Below, piece after piece: positions 61,914 to 64,000 of a DNA stretch of 64,000 nucleotides. The stretch covers positions 1-64,000 of IMG/VR virus record IMGVR_UViG_3300008448_000014. The stretch is one strand, 5' to 3'. Source of the stretch: a virus. Within the stretch, counting starts at the first letter, position 1; every line of letters begins with the position of its first letter. The translations under genes were made by a program, and so were the position numbers. Below the pieces are notes generated by a model. The model did no database searches, was not told where the DNA came from, and saw only the letters and a list, made by a program, of their open reading frames with translations.

Positions 61914-63934
61914 TGAAATTACATAATATAGAATATAAAGATTGGTTTATTAATCAAGCAAGGATTCCTGATGAAACATCAGATGAATACAAAGCATTCT
62001 TTAATTTTCATAAAGAACTATGTATGAATGGTGCTATGATGGATGGACAATATATTAATCCATTTCTATATTGGCATTTAAACATATGGCATACAGAGGT
62101 GGATGTTATAGATGAATATGGACGTATTAATCAGAAATATGCCAACCCATTATTAAGAGATAATGAATGGCTTGTTACAAACGAAATAGATAGAGCACAT
62201 AAAGAAAAGAAAGGCCTAGTTATACTAGGTATTAGACGTTTTGCTAAAAGTGTTATTGAAGCTTCATATATAGGACAAGGAGCTACGTTTGATGAAAACT
62301 CACAGAATATTATTGCAGGACTGAATGCTCCTGATATTAAGCTGATTACAGATAAGATTGATAAGGGATTAAACTTCCTACCTAAAGCTTGGAGATGGCA
62401 AAGAGTTGAAGACAACTGGGCTAAACAAGTTACATTAGGGATTAAAACAAAAGCAGGAGAGAGAATACCTTTTTCTCAGATTCTTATAAGAAACTTAGAT
62501 GGTGGTAATAATGAAGAAGCTATTGCAGGATCAAAACCTAGAAGACTTATTATTGATGAGATAGGTAAAGGAAGCTTTCTTAGAGGACTTCAAGCTGCTA
62601 TACCAGGGTTTACAACACCATTTGGTTGGGGATGTTCTCCAATTCTAACAGGTACAGGTGGAGATATGAAGATGTTTATGGATGCAAAAAGTTTAATGTT
62701 TGACGTTGAAAACTTTAACTTCCTAGAATATAACAATGCTAAAGATGATAAGAGAGTTCATGGACTTTTTATATCACATAAATATAGAATGGAAGCCAAA
62801 GAGGAAAGTTCTCTTGGTGCATTTTTAGATAAACCAGCAGGTTCTTCTTTACATCAAGTGAAGATGATGGTGAGTAATGAAGAGAAAGCTACAGAAATCA
62901 CTAACTCTAATTTAGAAAAACTTAAGAAAGCTGGTGATAGAATGGCCTATCTTAAGGAGAAGATGTACTACCCACAAGAAGTGGATGATATATTTTTAAA
63001 TGAAGATACTAATATATTTGATATAGAAGCAGCTAAACGTCAGAAAGCTAGACTACTATATAATGAAAAGGTGGGAACATCTGTTGTGTTATTTGATGAT
63101 GGTAATGGTGTTAAACATGAAGTTTCACAAAAACTACCTATATCAAATTTTCCATTAAAGAATAGTGATTTAAAAGATGCTCCTGTAGTTATATATGAAT
63201 TTCCATTGCCTGATCCTCCATTTGGATTATATGTTGCAGGGATTGACCCTTATAGACAAGGTAAATCTGCATATTCAAGCTCCTTAGGATCTGTGTATAT
63301 ATACAAACGTATGCATAGTATATCAGGAGAAGATTATCAAGATATGTTTGTAGCTAGTTATTGTGCTAGACCAGACAAAAAAGAAACATGGGAAGAACAG
63401 GCAAGATATTTGATAAAGTATTATAATGCTAGAGCTCTCTGTGAAAATGATGAAATTTCTTTTATAGACTATATGATAGCTAAAGGAGATGCACATTATT
63501 TAGAAAAACAACCAGATTGGTTAAAAGAAATAGTTCCAAATACTACTGTTAGGCGTGATTATGGAATACATAGATCTTCTGAGAAAATTAGAGACTTCTT
63601 ACATGGAAGTTTAAAGAAGTATACAGAAGAAGTTATTAATAGAGAACTAGATGATAATGGTGATGTTAAATCTGAAACAAAAGGTATGTCTAAAATACTT
63701 GACCCTGTACTTTTGGAGGAGATGATACAATATAATGAATCAGGAAACTTTGATAGGATTATTGCTGCAGAATTAGCAATAGCGTTAGCTATGAAAATGG
63801 ATCCTATATATGGAAGAATAGAAGGAAAGAAAGATGTTAGACTAGAATCTATGTATTCTAAGAAAACAAAAAAGAAATTATTCTCTGAATCATCAGGGAT
63901 GTTTAATAATAACAAACGTAAATTGTTTACATAA
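61913..63934 (+). CDS. terL: terminase large subunit (crAss-like)
   Basis: RRFAKS Walker A variant, IIDEIGK, TGTGG, AGIDPY, CEN, GNFDRI. Confidence 0.9.
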   Translation: MKLHNIEYKDWFINQARIPDETSDEYKAFFNFHKELCMNGAMMDGQYINPFLYWHLNIWHTEVDVIDEYGRINQKYANPLLRDNEWLVTNEIDRAHKEKKGLVILGIRRFAKSVIEASYIGQGATFDENSQNIIAGLNAPDIKLITDKIDKGLNFLPKAWRWQRVEDNWAKQVTLGIKTKAGERIPFSQILIRNLDGGNNEEAIAGSKPRRLIIDEIGKGSFLRGLQAAIPGFTTPFGWGCSPILTGTGGDMKMFMDAKSLMFDVENFNFLEYNNAKDDKRVHGLFISHKYRMEAKEESSLGAFLDKPAGSSLHQVKMMVSNEEKATEITNSNLEKLKKAGDRMAYLKEKMYYPQEVDDIFLNEDTNIFDIEAAKRQKARLLYNEKVGTSVVLFDDGNGVKHEVSQKLPISNFPLKNSDLKDAPVVIYEFPLPDPPFGLYVAGIDPYRQGKSAYSSSLGSVYIYKRMHSISGEDYQDMFVASYCARPDKKETWEEQARYLIKYYNARALCENDEISFIDYMIAKGDAHYLEKQPDWLKEIVPNTTVRRDYGIHRSSEKIRDFLHGSLKKYTEEVINRELDDNGDVKSETKGMSKILDPVLLEEMIQYNESGNFDRIIAAELAIALAMKMDPIYGRIEGKKDVRLESMYSKKTKKKLFSESSGMFNNNKRKLFT

Positions 63935-64000
63935 TGGCAATAATTAGATATACAAAAGATGCAACTATAAGGTATGCATACTTAAACATTTTTCCTGATC
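63934..64000 (+). CDS. probable portal protein, N-terminus only (3'-partial)
   Basis: TAATG-coupled ORF after terL, open to the window end; identity inferred from crAss-like gene order. Confidence 0.5.
   Translation, partial: MAIIRYTKDATIRYAYLNIFPD

Noticed and set aside
1-64000. Stop-codon reassignment, as in some Crassvirales
   Set aside because: Long genes (TerL, PolA, rIIA) are intact in the standard code, and TAG and TGA both end genes at coupled junctions.
1-64000. CRISPR array, DGR/retron, integrase
   Set aside because: No regularly spaced repeats, reverse-transcriptase motifs or recombinase motifs seen.

Overview
A 64-kb, very AT-rich segment of a lytic crAss-like (Crassvirales-type) phage genome that probably infects a Bacteroidota host (TAnnTTTG promoters, Bacteroidota glycosylation sequons). 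It uses the standard genetic code. + strand 1-12032: the end of a giant virion protein, a lysis cassette, fibre and modular decoration proteins with a glycosyltransferase, and a run of small Lys-rich proteins. - strand 12100-59036: a replication/recombination block (RecA, 5'-3' exonuclease, dNMP kinase, rIIA, UNG, primase, AAA annealing ATPase, SF2 and DnaB helicases, PolA) followed by many small accessory ORFs. + strand 59378-64000: HU-like protein, terminases and the start of a probable portal gene. Main observations: (1) a ~600-nt ORF-free, densely base-paired candidate large ncRNA with its own terminator (52707-53300). (2) GIY-YIG homing-endonuclease cassettes inserted in the 5' ends of genes and supplying a replacement N-terminus, which leaves stub ORFs upstream (clear for the AAA ATPase and PolA, probable for the SF2 helicase). 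(3) All six free-standing endonuclease genes have an inverted repeat over or beside the start codon plus an internal promoter-like box. (4) An HNH-AP2 nuclease inserted in frame in dNMP kinase without intein motifs. (5) An HPAT/SRGT1-like protein O-glycosyltransferase surrounded by poly-Thr proteins. All functional calls come from motif recognition by eye; no database searches or folding programs were run.
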